Shown in pieces: positions 9,382-17,998 of a stretch of DNA of 64,000 nt (its first letter is position 1; each line of letters opens with the position of its first letter). The stretch spans positions 155,529-219,528 of the forward strand of contig CAYWNT010000001.1 in assembly GCA_964459725.1 (NCBI GenBank). Reading direction: 5' to 3'. This stretch comes from an uncultured Gammaproteobacteria bacterium. GTDB taxonomy: Bacteria; Patescibacteriota; Patescibacteriia; Patescibacteriales; UBA12075. The notes under the pieces were generated by a model, which was not told the origin of the DNA, made no database searches, and was given only the letters and a program-made list of their open reading frames with translations. Both the position numbers and the translations under genes were made by a program.

Positions 9382-9660
9382 ATGCAAAAACCGGCAAAAT
9401 CCAAAGAAAATCTAAAAAAATGCATCTGCATGAAGTGTCCTAGCTACACACTCGGATGTAAGATGAAAAATATACCAGGAAATATCATGGGCATGATGAG
9501 TGGTCTTGAGAACAAGGATCACTTCGAGGGTCTTTATTGTGCCTTTGAAAAAAGTAATTGCATCAAGGGTAAAAAAGGATGTGTCTGTGCCACATGTGAA
9601 GTCTATAAGGAAAATGGTCTTGAGAAACTTTATTTCTGCACCACAACTGACGGAGAATAA
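9382..9660 (+). CDS. small Cys-rich protein, DUF2769-like
   Basis: CICMKCPSY...C...YCA...C...GCVCATCEV...YFC pattern (from memory of DUF2769). Confidence 0.55.
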   Translation: MQKPAKSKENLKKCICMKCPSYTLGCKMKNIPGNIMGMMSGLENKDHFEGLYCAFEKSNCIKGKKGCVCATCEVYKENGLEKLYFCTTTDGE

Positions 9661-9699
9661 TCTTTGATTAAAATTTTGGTAAATAAATTTTGCAATTGT

Positions 9700-11184
9700 A
9701 TGAAGTATAAATGCGATGTTTGTAATGTTTATGAATATGATGATGCTCTGGGTGATGCTAGCCTGGGAGTTGCTCCTGGGGTGAGGCCAAATGATCTTCC
9801 CTCTGATTGGAAGTGTCCAATTTGCCAATCAGATAAAACACACTTGATTCCACAAGAAGGCAAAAACACACTAAAAAGAATCAGGGAGGCAATCTTTGGT
9901 ACGTGGTTGCCAAGAGAAGAGGAGGATATCCAATCCTCGACCAGGGAAAAAGATTCAGATCAGTATTTAGATGAATGGAAAAGAAGGGGCGATAAATTGG
10001 AGGGGTATATGAAGGATATTCATGAGATGTCCGTTACTGGAAAGTCCATTGTCGAGCCGATGAGGACTAAAAAGAGTGTAATATCCTGGGATAATATTTT
10101 ATTTCTTGGTGCGCAATTAGCCAAGATGCCGCTGAATGAAGATGAGGAAGTGAGCACCAAGACGATAATTGGCCCCAAAGCAAAAAAGCCGCTTGAGATA
10201 GAGGCTCCTATTTATATCACCCATATGTCTTTTGGCGCGCTGTCCAAGGAGATCAAGATTGCCTTAGCAAGAGGAAGTGCCGCGGTCAAGACTGCTATGT
10301 GCTCTGGTGAGGGAGGGATCCTGAAAGAGTCAATGAATGAGGCGTATAAATATATTTTTGAGATTGCTCCAAATAAATATAGTTTAAACGATGAGAATCT
10401 AAAAAACTCTGATGCTATAGAAATAAAGATCGGCCAATCTGCCAAGCCGGGAATGGGGGGACATTTGCCAGCAGAAAAAGTTACTCTTGAGATTGCTAAG
10501 CTAAGAGGTTATAATGAAGGTGAGGATATTGTTTCACCTGCTAGGTTTGAAGATATAAAAGACAGAAATGATTTGAAGTCTTTTGTTGGTGATCTGAGAA
10601 CTAGATCAGAAGGAAGACCGATTGGAATTAAGATAGCAGCAGGACACATTGAGGCTGACTTGGAATATGCGCTTTTCGCTGAGCCTGATTTTATTACCAT
10701 TGACGGACGACCTGGGGCCACGGCAGCTGCGCCAAAGTTTATCAAGGGCTCAACATCTGTTCCAACTTTGTTTGCGCTACACAGAGCTAGGAAGTATTTT
10801 AAAGAAAATAATGTTAAGGATGTTTCCTTGGTGATTACAGGAGGATTTCGAGTGTCATCAGACATAGCCAAGGCTCTAGCTATGGGAGCGGACGCAGTAG
10901 CTCTCGGGACTTCTGTTTTAATGGCCTGTGCCTGTCAGCAATATAGAATTTGCCAGACAGGTGATTGCCCGGTTGGTGTAACTACCCAGAAAGATGATTT
11001 GCGGAGTAGGATAAAGATAGATGCTTCAACAAAGAGACTAGAAAATTTCCTGAAAGCGACGATTGAAGAGCTAAAACAATTTGCCAGGCTAACAGGAAAT
11101 GATGATGTTCACAAAATGAGTCTTGGAGATATTTGTACTGACAATTCTGAAATTTCAGAGTTTACAGATATTAAGCATGTTTAA
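9700..11184 (+). CDS. rubredoxin domain fused to glutamate-synthase-related FMN-binding (GltB domain 2-like) protein
   Basis: The N-terminus YKCDVCNVYEYD...DWKCPICQSDK is a rubredoxin. The body has GEGG, IKIGQSAKPGMGGHLP and DFITIDGRPGATAAAP blocks, typical of GltS FMN domains. The start is moved to ATG 9700; the track starts at TTG 9664. Confidence 0.8.
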   Translation: MKYKCDVCNVYEYDDALGDASLGVAPGVRPNDLPSDWKCPICQSDKTHLIPQEGKNTLKRIREAIFGTWLPREEEDIQSSTREKDSDQYLDEWKRRGDKLEGYMKDIHEMSVTGKSIVEPMRTKKSVISWDNILFLGAQLAKMPLNEDEEVSTKTIIGPKAKKPLEIEAPIYITHMSFGALSKEIKIALARGSAAVKTAMCSGEGGILKESMNEAYKYIFEIAPNKYSLNDENLKNSDAIEIKIGQSAKPGMGGHLPAEKVTLEIAKLRGYNEGEDIVSPARFEDIKDRNDLKSFVGDLRTRSEGRPIGIKIAAGHIEADLEYALFAEPDFITIDGRPGATAAAPKFIKGSTSVPTLFALHRARKYFKENNVKDVSLVITGGFRVSSDIAKALAMGADAVALGTSVLMACACQQYRICQTGDCPVGVTTQKDDLRSRIKIDASTKRLENFLKATIEELKQFARLTGNDDVHKMSLGDICTDNSEISEFTDIKHV

Positions 11185-11206
11185 GTTCTGAAAACTAAAA
11201 ATCAAA

Positions 11207-11238
11207 GTGTACATTTTAATGTACATTAAAATGTACAC
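11207..11238. repeat. 32-nt perfect palindrome GTGTACATTTTAATGTACATTAAAATGTACAC
   Basis: Verified base by base. It lies 22 nt after the stop at 11184 and 8 nt before the GIY-YIG start. Confidence 0.95.
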
Positions 11239-11245
11239 ATAAAAT

Positions 11246-11491
11246 ATGTGGTATGTATATATTCTAAAATGCAGTGATGGTAGTTTCTATACCGGTATTA
11301 CAAAAGATCTAAAAAAACGAGTGGAAGAGCATAATAATTCCAGGTTGGGAGCGAAATATACGAGAGGGAGGAGGCCGGTGAAGCTTGTGTATTCGCAGAG
11401 AAAGAGAAATAAGTCGAACGCCCTGAAGGAGGAGTTGAGAATAAAGGGATTAAACAGGGAAGAGAAAGCTAAGATAATAAATGACCAATAA
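11246..11491 (+). CDS. GIY-YIG nuclease family protein (81 aa)
   Basis: WYVYILKCSDGSFYTGITKDLKKRVEEHN matches the GIY-YIG / UPF0213 signature. Confidence 0.85.
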   Translation: MWYVYILKCSDGSFYTGITKDLKKRVEEHNNSRLGAKYTRGRRPVKLVYSQRKRNKSNALKEELRIKGLNREEKAKIINDQ

Positions 11492-11532
11492 ATAATTTAA
11501 ATTCCTAGACATATCTGATGAATATGAAAAAT

Positions 11533-11557
11533 GCAGCTAAAATTAGCTGTATTTTTT
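11533..11557 (+). terminator. rho-independent terminator
   Basis: GCAGCT / AGCTGT stem followed by TATTTTTT. Confidence 0.6.
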
Positions 11558-11745
11558 GGTGGTTAGACTGGGGATTTGATTTGGGATTGGTATTTTGGTG
11601 CTTGGATGGCAGACTTGACAATTTGTTATTTTTGTATTAACATTCTTTATAATGAAAATTTTGTTAAAAACAAATTAGAAAAGGAGGGTTTTTTGTACCT
11701 TGAAATTTAACAGTAAATATTAATCTCAAAAAAAAGGATGTAAAG

Positions 11746-13179
11746 ATGAAAAATGGATTTTGTTTTTTGGTAATGATTGTGATGTTTTCTTTTGTGACTA
11801 GTGGGTGTATGTCAAAAATTGACAAACAAGAATTTATGGGTGTAGAGGGGCTGGATTCGAAAAGACCAGAAGAAGCATTTGTGCAACACTTCTATACTGT
11901 CGAGGCTGTCAAAACTAAGAAGTCTGCTACACAGGAAGGAGTTCAAGATTCTGTGGCCAGTGACAAGGAAGGCGAGGACGTTACAGAGGGAGGGACGGGC
12001 GGTTCTTCCATGCAGGCTGAAGTGAAAGATGTTGTCGTCAACGATGATGAAGCAAGCAAAACAAAAATTGAACATAGAAGAATGCAAACACTAGTTGCTG
12101 ATTATTTCGAAGGTCAGGCTGACGCACAAAAAGAAAGAAAAGATTTGAAAAAAGGCACATCAAACATAAAAAGGTATGTTAGTGCCGGGATTGCTCTTTC
12201 TGATGAGGCTTGTTCGAATTGGTTTCAGCGGCAATATTCAATTGCTCGAGACATGGGCTACGACCAGGGGAATCTTAATACTGTTGGTGATATGATTATG
12301 GCCGGCATGGGTCTGGCCGAATCTGACCCGACCGGCATAGGAGCTGTTGCTCTTGCATTTGGAGGTCTAAATTCTGTTTTTGAGAACACAAAGGGTTCAT
12401 TTCTTCTTACTGACACCTGGCCGAAGCTTGAGAAGAAAGTTCTTGGCGTCAGGGAGGAGCTGGCTAAGGGGCTTAAGAAAGGTGTAGATAGTTATGATTA
12501 TTTTGAGGCAAGAGGATTGCTTAGAAAATATCATGACACATGCTCATTGTCTTCTCTGGCACAGCTAATTGATGATAGTGTTGGTGTAAGTAAATATGTT
12601 CCCGCGAAGAGTGAAGTGAATATTGCAGATAGCGGAAAGGTCTTAAGGTCATCTCGGGAAATGTTTAAGATTATTTATCCCGGTGAAGAGGGATTATTTT
12701 CCTCGAGTAATCTATATGAGATGTATATTGTATTATTTGGAGGAGAAACCAAAACAGCTGCCAGTATTCTCAGTAATAATTTATACATGAAAGACCTACT
12801 TGCCAAAGATGCCAGCACTCCACATGTCCCCGATAACGATGGATTGTATTACAAGATAGCCGATGATTCTGATAGAAATAAATTTAATTTGTATTTGAAC
12901 CAAATTGGCGAAGTTCTTGGTTTTCCTGAAAGACTTCAGGAGATTAGGATGAAGGAGGCTGAAATTGAGACTGCAAAAGCTGAGACCGAGGAAGCTGAGG
13001 GGGAGTTAAGTCCTGCTCAGCCAGAAGATCTTGAAGATGGTGCACGTACCGTCACTCCCGTTTTTGCAGATCACAAAACCGCAAAAAAGGAACTCGCAAT
13101 TGCTAATGAGGCCCTAGAGAAGCTCAAAGCAATGCCAACTTCTTTTTCAGTTGGAATTAGTGTTATTCCAGGTAATTAA
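11746..13179 (+). CDS. hypothetical lipoprotein (477 aa)
   Basis: Signal peptide with lipobox-like FVTSGC. The C-terminus is acidic and coiled-coil-like. AAGGA SD. Confidence 0.7.
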   Translation: MKNGFCFLVMIVMFSFVTSGCMSKIDKQEFMGVEGLDSKRPEEAFVQHFYTVEAVKTKKSATQEGVQDSVASDKEGEDVTEGGTGGSSMQAEVKDVVVNDDEASKTKIEHRRMQTLVADYFEGQADAQKERKDLKKGTSNIKRYVSAGIALSDEACSNWFQRQYSIARDMGYDQGNLNTVGDMIMAGMGLAESDPTGIGAVALAFGGLNSVFENTKGSFLLTDTWPKLEKKVLGVREELAKGLKKGVDSYDYFEARGLLRKYHDTCSLSSLAQLIDDSVGVSKYVPAKSEVNIADSGKVLRSSREMFKIIYPGEEGLFSSSNLYEMYIVLFGGETKTAASILSNNLYMKDLLAKDASTPHVPDNDGLYYKIADDSDRNKFNLYLNQIGEVLGFPERLQEIRMKEAEIETAKAETEEAEGELSPAQPEDLEDGARTVTPVFADHKTAKKELAIANEALEKLKAMPTSFSVGISVIPGN

Positions 13180-13192
13180 AACACAGTATAGT

Positions 13193-13224
13193 GCCACCGG
13201 ACTTAGGTCTGGTGGCGTTTTTTA
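13193..13224 (+). terminator. rho-independent terminator
   Basis: GCCACC / GGTGGC-based stem followed by a T-run. Confidence 0.7.
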
Positions 13225-13301
13225 TTTGAAAAATTTTGATGAAAAAAAATTTGCAGAAATATAAATAATATGTTAAGAAGAATATAGATAAACTTCAATA
13301 T

Positions 13302-13601
13302 ATGAAATTTAATAATCATCACAAAAAATTTATATCATTCTTCAAGGCAATATGCGATGTGAATCGGCATAATATTTTGGCATTGCTGAATAAACACGGA
13401 GAAATGAACGCGAGTGACATTATTAAACACATCAAGCTTTCTCAGCCTACAGTATCGCATCACTTGAAAATCATGGTAGATTCAGGAGTGCTGGAAACTA
13501 GAAAAAAGGGGAAAGAAACATACTATAAAATAAATAAAAAACAAATTAATAATTGTTGTGGTGGATTCTCTGATCATTTTTGCCGAAAACAAGGGAAATA
13601 A
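13302..13601 (+). CDS. ArsR/SmtB family metalloregulator
   Basis: FKAICDVNRHNILALL...ASDIIKHIKLSQPTVSHHLKIMVDSGVL, a winged HTH. Confidence 0.85.
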   Translation: MKFNNHHKKFISFFKAICDVNRHNILALLNKHGEMNASDIIKHIKLSQPTVSHHLKIMVDSGVLETRKKGKETYYKINKKQINNCCGGFSDHFCRKQGK

Positions 13602-13608
13602 ATACATA

Positions 13609-13636
13609 TTGACATATTTAAATCTTTCGATATAAT
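13609..13636 (+). promoter_or_regulatory. sigma70-like promoter (TTGACA-16-TATAAT)
   Basis: TTGACA at 13609..13614 and TATAAT at 13631..13636. Confidence 0.45.
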
Positions 13637-13686
13637 AAATAGTAGGATAGGCCATCCTTTATTTATTAATTTAACTCGAAAGATTT
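13620..13686. promoter_or_regulatory. 11-bp inverted repeat AAATCTTTCGA ... TCGAAAGATTT, candidate ArsR operator or leader hairpin
   Basis: Arms at 13620..13630 and 13676..13686 bracket the -10 box and an inner AGGAT-AGGCC-ATCCT hairpin. Confidence 0.35.
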
Positions 13687-13734
13687 TTTATTTGTTTAGA
13701 CTCTCTGAATAAATATGAGACTTTCAAAAATTAT

Positions 13735-13926
13735 ATGCATCAAAAAGGATTTATGAGTCATTTCAAAAAATGGCACGAAAAATTTAAAATCTCCAAAGAG
13801 TTAAAAGGAGATAAATTAACTGTTACTTTTAGCGGTAAAAAAAATGATGTAGCAAAGCTGGATAGAAAAATCGACGCTATGCATGTCATGATGGAGGATT
13901 GCTGCGAAGAAGGGAGTTGCTGCTAA
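13735..13926 (+). CDS. small protein with C-terminal CCEEGSCC cluster (63 aa)
   Basis: The ORF is followed directly by a strong terminator. It ends in MEDCCEEGSCC. There is no clear SD, so this is uncertain. Confidence 0.45.
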   Translation: MHQKGFMSHFKKWHEKFKISKELKGDKLTVTFSGKKNDVAKLDRKIDAMHVMMEDCCEEGSCC

Positions 13927-13936
13927 GAGGATTTCC

Positions 13937-13969
13937 AAAAGGGCTGTTCATTCCTGAATAGCCCTTTTT
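13937..13969 (+). terminator. rho-independent terminator
   Basis: GGGCTGTTCA / TGAATAGCCC stem, TTCC loop, T-run. Confidence 0.8.
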
Positions 13970-14103
13970 ATATTAGTTATAACACCTGCGGTATTAAAAA
14001 ATATTTTAAAAATTTTATTATAATTTTATTTAAATTTTATTTAAATTTAACTATAAATTTATATCCGATTTGCTATAATATAAGTATAAAGTAAAAGAAT
14101 TTT

Positions 14104-14856
14104 ATGAGAAAATATATTGGTTTAATAGTAATTTTATTGGTTGCCTTTGCTGCAATAATGTTTACCAGGGGATCTGAGGATAGGTGGATATGTGATGGAG
14201 GAGTGTGGGTTGAGCATGGTAATCCGAGCGCGTCTAAGCCTGATGGGGATTGTGAAGGCGAGAGGGACTGTGCCTCACTCGATATAGATAAATGCACTGG
14301 TGAATGTGTGGTTTGTCCACCTTGTCCGGAGTGCAGCTCAATAAGCTGTCAGACAGAGGAGTTTTGCAAAGGAATAGGTTTTGACAAAGATTGGCATGAG
14401 GGAATAAAAAAGAAAATTTCCAATTTTAAAGAGTGTATTGATGCAGGAAATCCGGCCATGGAGAGCTATCCGAGGCAATGCAGGACGGGAGATGAGACGT
14501 TCACTGAGTATATCGGAAATGAGCTGGAGAAACAAGACATGATCATACTAAACCAACCTCGACCGAACCAGGAAATATCCAGTCCATTAGTCGTGGAGGG
14601 AGAAGCAAGGGGTATGTGGTTTTTCGAAGCTGATTTCCCGGTGGTGCTTACTGACTGGGATGGAAAGATTATTTCAGTCGGGATCGCCAGGGCTGAAGGG
14701 GATTGGATGACGGAAGATTTTGTGAAGTTTAGAGCCGAGTTGGAGTTTGAAAAACCAGAATATAAAAATAACGGATCACTAATTCTTCGAAAAGATAATC
14801 CATCAGATTTACCGGAAAATGATGATGCCTTGGAGATTCCGATATATTTTAAATAA
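14104..14856 (+). CDS. secreted Cys-rich protein with C-terminal Gmad2-like Ig domain
   Basis: N-terminal TM/signal segment and a Cys-rich middle region. The C-terminal PLVVEGEARGMWFFEADFPVVLTDWDGKII...FRAELEF resembles the Gmad2 Ig-like domain (from memory). Confidence 0.6.
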   Translation: MRKYIGLIVILLVAFAAIMFTRGSEDRWICDGGVWVEHGNPSASKPDGDCEGERDCASLDIDKCTGECVVCPPCPECSSISCQTEEFCKGIGFDKDWHEGIKKKISNFKECIDAGNPAMESYPRQCRTGDETFTEYIGNELEKQDMIILNQPRPNQEISSPLVVEGEARGMWFFEADFPVVLTDWDGKIISVGIARAEGDWMTEDFVKFRAELEFEKPEYKNNGSLILRKDNPSDLPENDDALEIPIYFK

Positions 14857-14861
14857 GTATT

Positions 14862-15458
14862 TTAATTATCAATCAGGGGTACAAAAACAAAGCCAAAATA
14901 ATCTTTCATTTCGATATTGTTTCCTTGTTTTATAGCTTTGACAATAGAATTTTGTACCGGACAGACCAGAATGCCGTCATCATTAAGTTGGTTGATAAGC
15001 TTGTCTGGTAATTGATCTGCAGCAGCGCTGACGAGTATACGATCAAATGGCCCTGAGTCAGGCAAGCCAAGACTAGTGGCGGTGTGAGTTATTTGAATGT
15101 TCTTTATATTAGATAGTCTCATGGTTGACATGTCGGCCAGCTCCTTGATTCTTTCGGCGCCGTAAATTTTCAGATCTTTTTCCAGCTCGTTTAATAGAGT
15201 AAGTACGTAGCCAGAACCAGATCCGACTTCTAGAATTTTTTGTCCAGGTTTTACATCAAGAAGAGATAGCATAAAAGCAATGGTAGTGGGCTGGGAAATA
15301 GTTTGGCTGTATCCGATAGACATGGCCCTATCCTCGTATGCATAGTCTTTTGATCCAGGCGGCATAAAATCTTCTCGTTTAACCTTGTAAAACGAATTTA
15401 CTATTTTTTCACTAAAACCATTAATCCTTAATTTTTCACATAGTTCATTTTTGTCCAT
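14862..15458 (-). CDS. pcm: protein-L-isoaspartate O-methyltransferase
   Basis: ISQPTTIAFMLSLLDVKPGQKILEVGSGSGY and the overall length fit. Confidence 0.9.
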   Translation of the reverse strand: MDKNELCEKLRINGFSEKIVNSFYKVKREDFMPPGSKDYAYEDRAMSIGYSQTISQPTTIAFMLSLLDVKPGQKILEVGSGSGYVLTLLNELEKDLKIYGAERIKELADMSTMRLSNIKNIQITHTATSLGLPDSGPFDRILVSAAADQLPDKLINQLNDDGILVCPVQNSIVKAIKQGNNIEMKDYFGFVFVPLIDN

Positions 15459-15674
15459 ATCTTTATAATAACGGTATTTTCTATAATATCCAATAGGGCA
15501 GAGCGAATATCTTATATCAAAAACTTAATAAATTTAAATAAGTCGCTCTTTAAAACAATTTTAATTTAATAAAATTAGGTTAAATTAAAAGTAATAAGTT
15601 TACCCGAAGGGCTAAGGTTGTAGCAGATTAAAACAAATAACTCGGTAGATTTCCAATAATTAGGAGGTGATGAC

Positions 15675-15923
15675 ATGAAAGCTTCAACACCGCAGATCAG
15701 CGATTATTTCGTAGTAGATGGACAAAGAGGCGTTATTTTGTTTGGTAATAACAGGAAAGCGCTTGTTAAAAGGTTGAGAGAAAAAGAAAAAGATATTGAT
15801 ATTAGTTCTATGGTTGTTTTAGAAGGATCTTGGGCATTGGATCCAGAAAATTTGGTATCGAATTTTTCTTATGGCAGATTATTGAAAAAGTATCTAGAGG
15901 ATCATGATTTAATTCCGAATTAA
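15675..15923 (+). CDS. small protein, paralog family member A (82 aa)
   Basis: AGGAGGTG SD. Shares P-x-I-SDYFVVD...GV-LFG and G-LLKK-L-D--LIP with 16019, 16347 and 17999. Confidence 0.7.
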   Translation: MKASTPQISDYFVVDGQRGVILFGNNRKALVKRLREKEKDIDISSMVVLEGSWALDPENLVSNFSYGRLLKKYLEDHDLIPN

Positions 15924-16018
15924 ATTAATGACTTATTTTTGTAATAACAGTGACTAAGAAATGTAAATCAATCTAGGAAAATAACTTTACTGATTTCTAA
16001 AATTCAGAGGAGGATGAT

Positions 16019-16261
16019 ATGGAAAATTTATCACCAAAAACTAGTGATTATTTCGCAGTACATGAAACGAGGGGAGTTGTTTTATTCGATTGCGATCAGG
16101 GAGAGCTTGTTAAGGAAGTAGAAGAAAAAGAAGATGATGTTGGTAGAATAGCAATTATAAAAGGGGAGTCAATTCTTAAGCCAAATATTTATTCGTCAGA
16201 ACTGTCTTATCATAAATTATTAAAACAGTTTATGCAAGATCAAGAGTTAATACCAAGATAG
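16019..16261 (+). CDS. small protein, paralog family member B (80 aa)
   Basis: GAGGAGG SD and the same conserved N- and C-terminal blocks. Confidence 0.7.
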   Translation: MENLSPKTSDYFAVHETRGVVLFDCDQGELVKEVEEKEDDVGRIAIIKGESILKPNIYSSELSYHKLLKQFMQDQELIPR

Positions 16262-16346
16262 GCAATTCATGATTCATTAAATAGAGCGATAACGAATTCA
16301 ACCAAGTTGCTCGTTGTAAGCCTGAAAAAGGGGAGGTGATTATGAT

Positions 16347-16622
16347 ATGGATTCTTTGTTGCCGCAAATTGATGATTATTTCGTGGTAGATGAGGAAGAT
16401 GGTGTTCTAATGTTTGGGCATAGCAGTAAAATGCTTCTTCTGGAGCTGGAAAAAAATTTTAATAGAAAAGAAGGATCTGATAGTATAATTATTATGAGAG
16501 GATCGAATGCATTGGACCCGAAAAGTATAATGTCAACCTTACCTCAGGGTAAATTATTAAAAAAGTTCTTGCAAGACTATGGGATAATTTCAAATTATCC
16601 AAAAATTTGCTTCAAGCATTGA
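16347..16622 (+). CDS. small protein, paralog family member C (91 aa)
   Basis: GGGGAGGTG SD and the same conserved blocks. A terminator follows at 16622..16655. Confidence 0.7.
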   Translation: MDSLLPQIDDYFVVDEEDGVLMFGHSSKMLLLELEKNFNRKEGSDSIIIMRGSNALDPKSIMSTLPQGKLLKKFLQDYGIISNYPKICFKH

Positions 16623-16655
16623 TGCCTCTACGAAAGTAGGGGCATTGTTTTATTT
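16622..16655 (+). terminator. rho-independent terminator
   Basis: ATGCCTCTAC / GTAGGGGCAT stem, GAAA loop, T-rich tail. Confidence 0.75.
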
Positions 16656-16855
16656 ATTATTTTAAATTAGTTTGATTGACAATAGATTGGAAAAATTATA
16701 AAATTCAATTAAATAAGGAAAAATTTTAAAAACCCCATGCTCATAAAAAGCGGGGTTTTGTTTGTTTAATTTTATCATTTTGAATGTTAGGTATTTTAAT
16801 TAAAAATTAACTAAATTATGGTATTATATATTAATAAAAAAATTAATAGAATTAT

Positions 16856-17734
16856 ATGAAAAAAATTATTTCAATCTTAACAATCGTCGGTTTGTTTATT
16901 TTTTCAGCAACAGTTATTGTCGCTGGAAATGATAATTTGCTACCGGCAACTTTAAAAACAAACGGAGTTGAAAAAACTCTTTCTCTTCCTGTGAGCGCGA
17001 TAGAGAATTCACCTGTGATTTATTTGGGCGAGGCTCTGGATCCACAATCCGGAGAAATGGTTCAGGGTTATGCAATTGTCCATTACGCAAAACCTGACGG
17101 CAAGGGAAATGGAAATGGCAAAGGAAACGGGGGAGGCGGAAAGGGAGAAACCAGCAGCTGTTATGAACATATGGCCAAAGGCGCTAAGTGGAAAACAGTT
17201 GAGCCGTGGATTGTGGGTGGTGCTAGCAGTAGCTTTCCTTTTACCCCCGACATTGTGCTTGATAGAATTGCGGAAGATATCTCAAAATGGGAAGATGCAG
17301 CCGATGGTAATGTGGGCGATCAGGGCATAGTTGATATTTTTGGTGACGGATCAATTACATTTGATATTTTGGAAGCAGACACGGTTGCGCCGGACGGAGC
17401 GAATGAGGTTTACTTCGGATCCATTGAGGATGAGGGGGCTATTGGTGTTACTATTGTTTGGGGAATATTTGGAGGTCCACCAAGGGACAGAGTGTTAGTA
17501 GAGTGGGATCAGGTGTATGACAGAGTCGATTATGATTGGTCACTTACCGGTGAAGCAGGCATGATGGATTTTGAGAGTATCGCCACACATGAGCTGGGAC
17601 ATAGTGCCGGCATGGGAGATCTCTACGAGTCAGCATGCGCCGAGGAAACAATGTATGGATATGCAGGTTTTGGTGAAACCAATAAGAGGGATTTGTACAT
17701 CGGAGATATTACAGGAATTAACAAGCTATACTAG
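16856..17734 (+). CDS. secreted metzincin-type zinc metalloprotease (matrixin/snapalysin-like)
   Basis: Signal peptide and a Gly/Asn/Lys-rich linker. The motif HELGHSAGMGD fits HExxHxxGxxD, followed by a Met-containing turn. Confidence 0.8.
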   Translation: MKKIISILTIVGLFIFSATVIVAGNDNLLPATLKTNGVEKTLSLPVSAIENSPVIYLGEALDPQSGEMVQGYAIVHYAKPDGKGNGNGKGNGGGGKGETSSCYEHMAKGAKWKTVEPWIVGGASSSFPFTPDIVLDRIAEDISKWEDAADGNVGDQGIVDIFGDGSITFDILEADTVAPDGANEVYFGSIEDEGAIGVTIVWGIFGGPPRDRVLVEWDQVYDRVDYDWSLTGEAGMMDFESIATHELGHSAGMGDLYESACAEETMYGYAGFGETNKRDLYIGDITGINKLY

Positions 17735-17745
17735 TTAGAAGAATG

Positions 17746-17778
17746 AAAAACTCATCTCTTGTAATGGGTGAGTTTTTT
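17746..17778 (+). terminator. rho-independent terminator
   Basis: AAAAACTCA / TGAGTTTTT stem followed by a T-run. Confidence 0.7.
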
Positions 17779-17998
17779 GTTTTTCTGATTGTTGCCATAT
17801 AAGTTTAATTTGAAATTAATTAATATTGATTTTTCTATTAAACTATGTTAATGTAGTTTTACTTTTACTAATTTTAGAAAGATGGTTCTTTTACAAATTA
17901 AGTTTGGATGGATGAGTGGTAAGAATTAAATTATATTGGGTTTTTTATTTTAAGCATCAATTTTATTTATGCTAACGAAAAAAAGAAGGGGGGGCAAG

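Noticed and set aside
13607-13621. The identical 15-mer ATTGACATATTTAAA recurs at 48987..49001 and might be a dispersed repeat.
   Set aside because: Both copies coincide with -35-like TTGACA promoter elements in AT-rich DNA. The similarity does not extend further, so it is probably promoter consensus rather than a repeat family.
17094-17155. The GNGNGKGNGGGGKGE-coding tract in the metalloprotease gene might be another in-frame repeat element.
   Set aside because: It has no hairpin and no similarity to the other element families. It looks like an ordinary Gly-rich linker between the signal/pro region and the catalytic domain.
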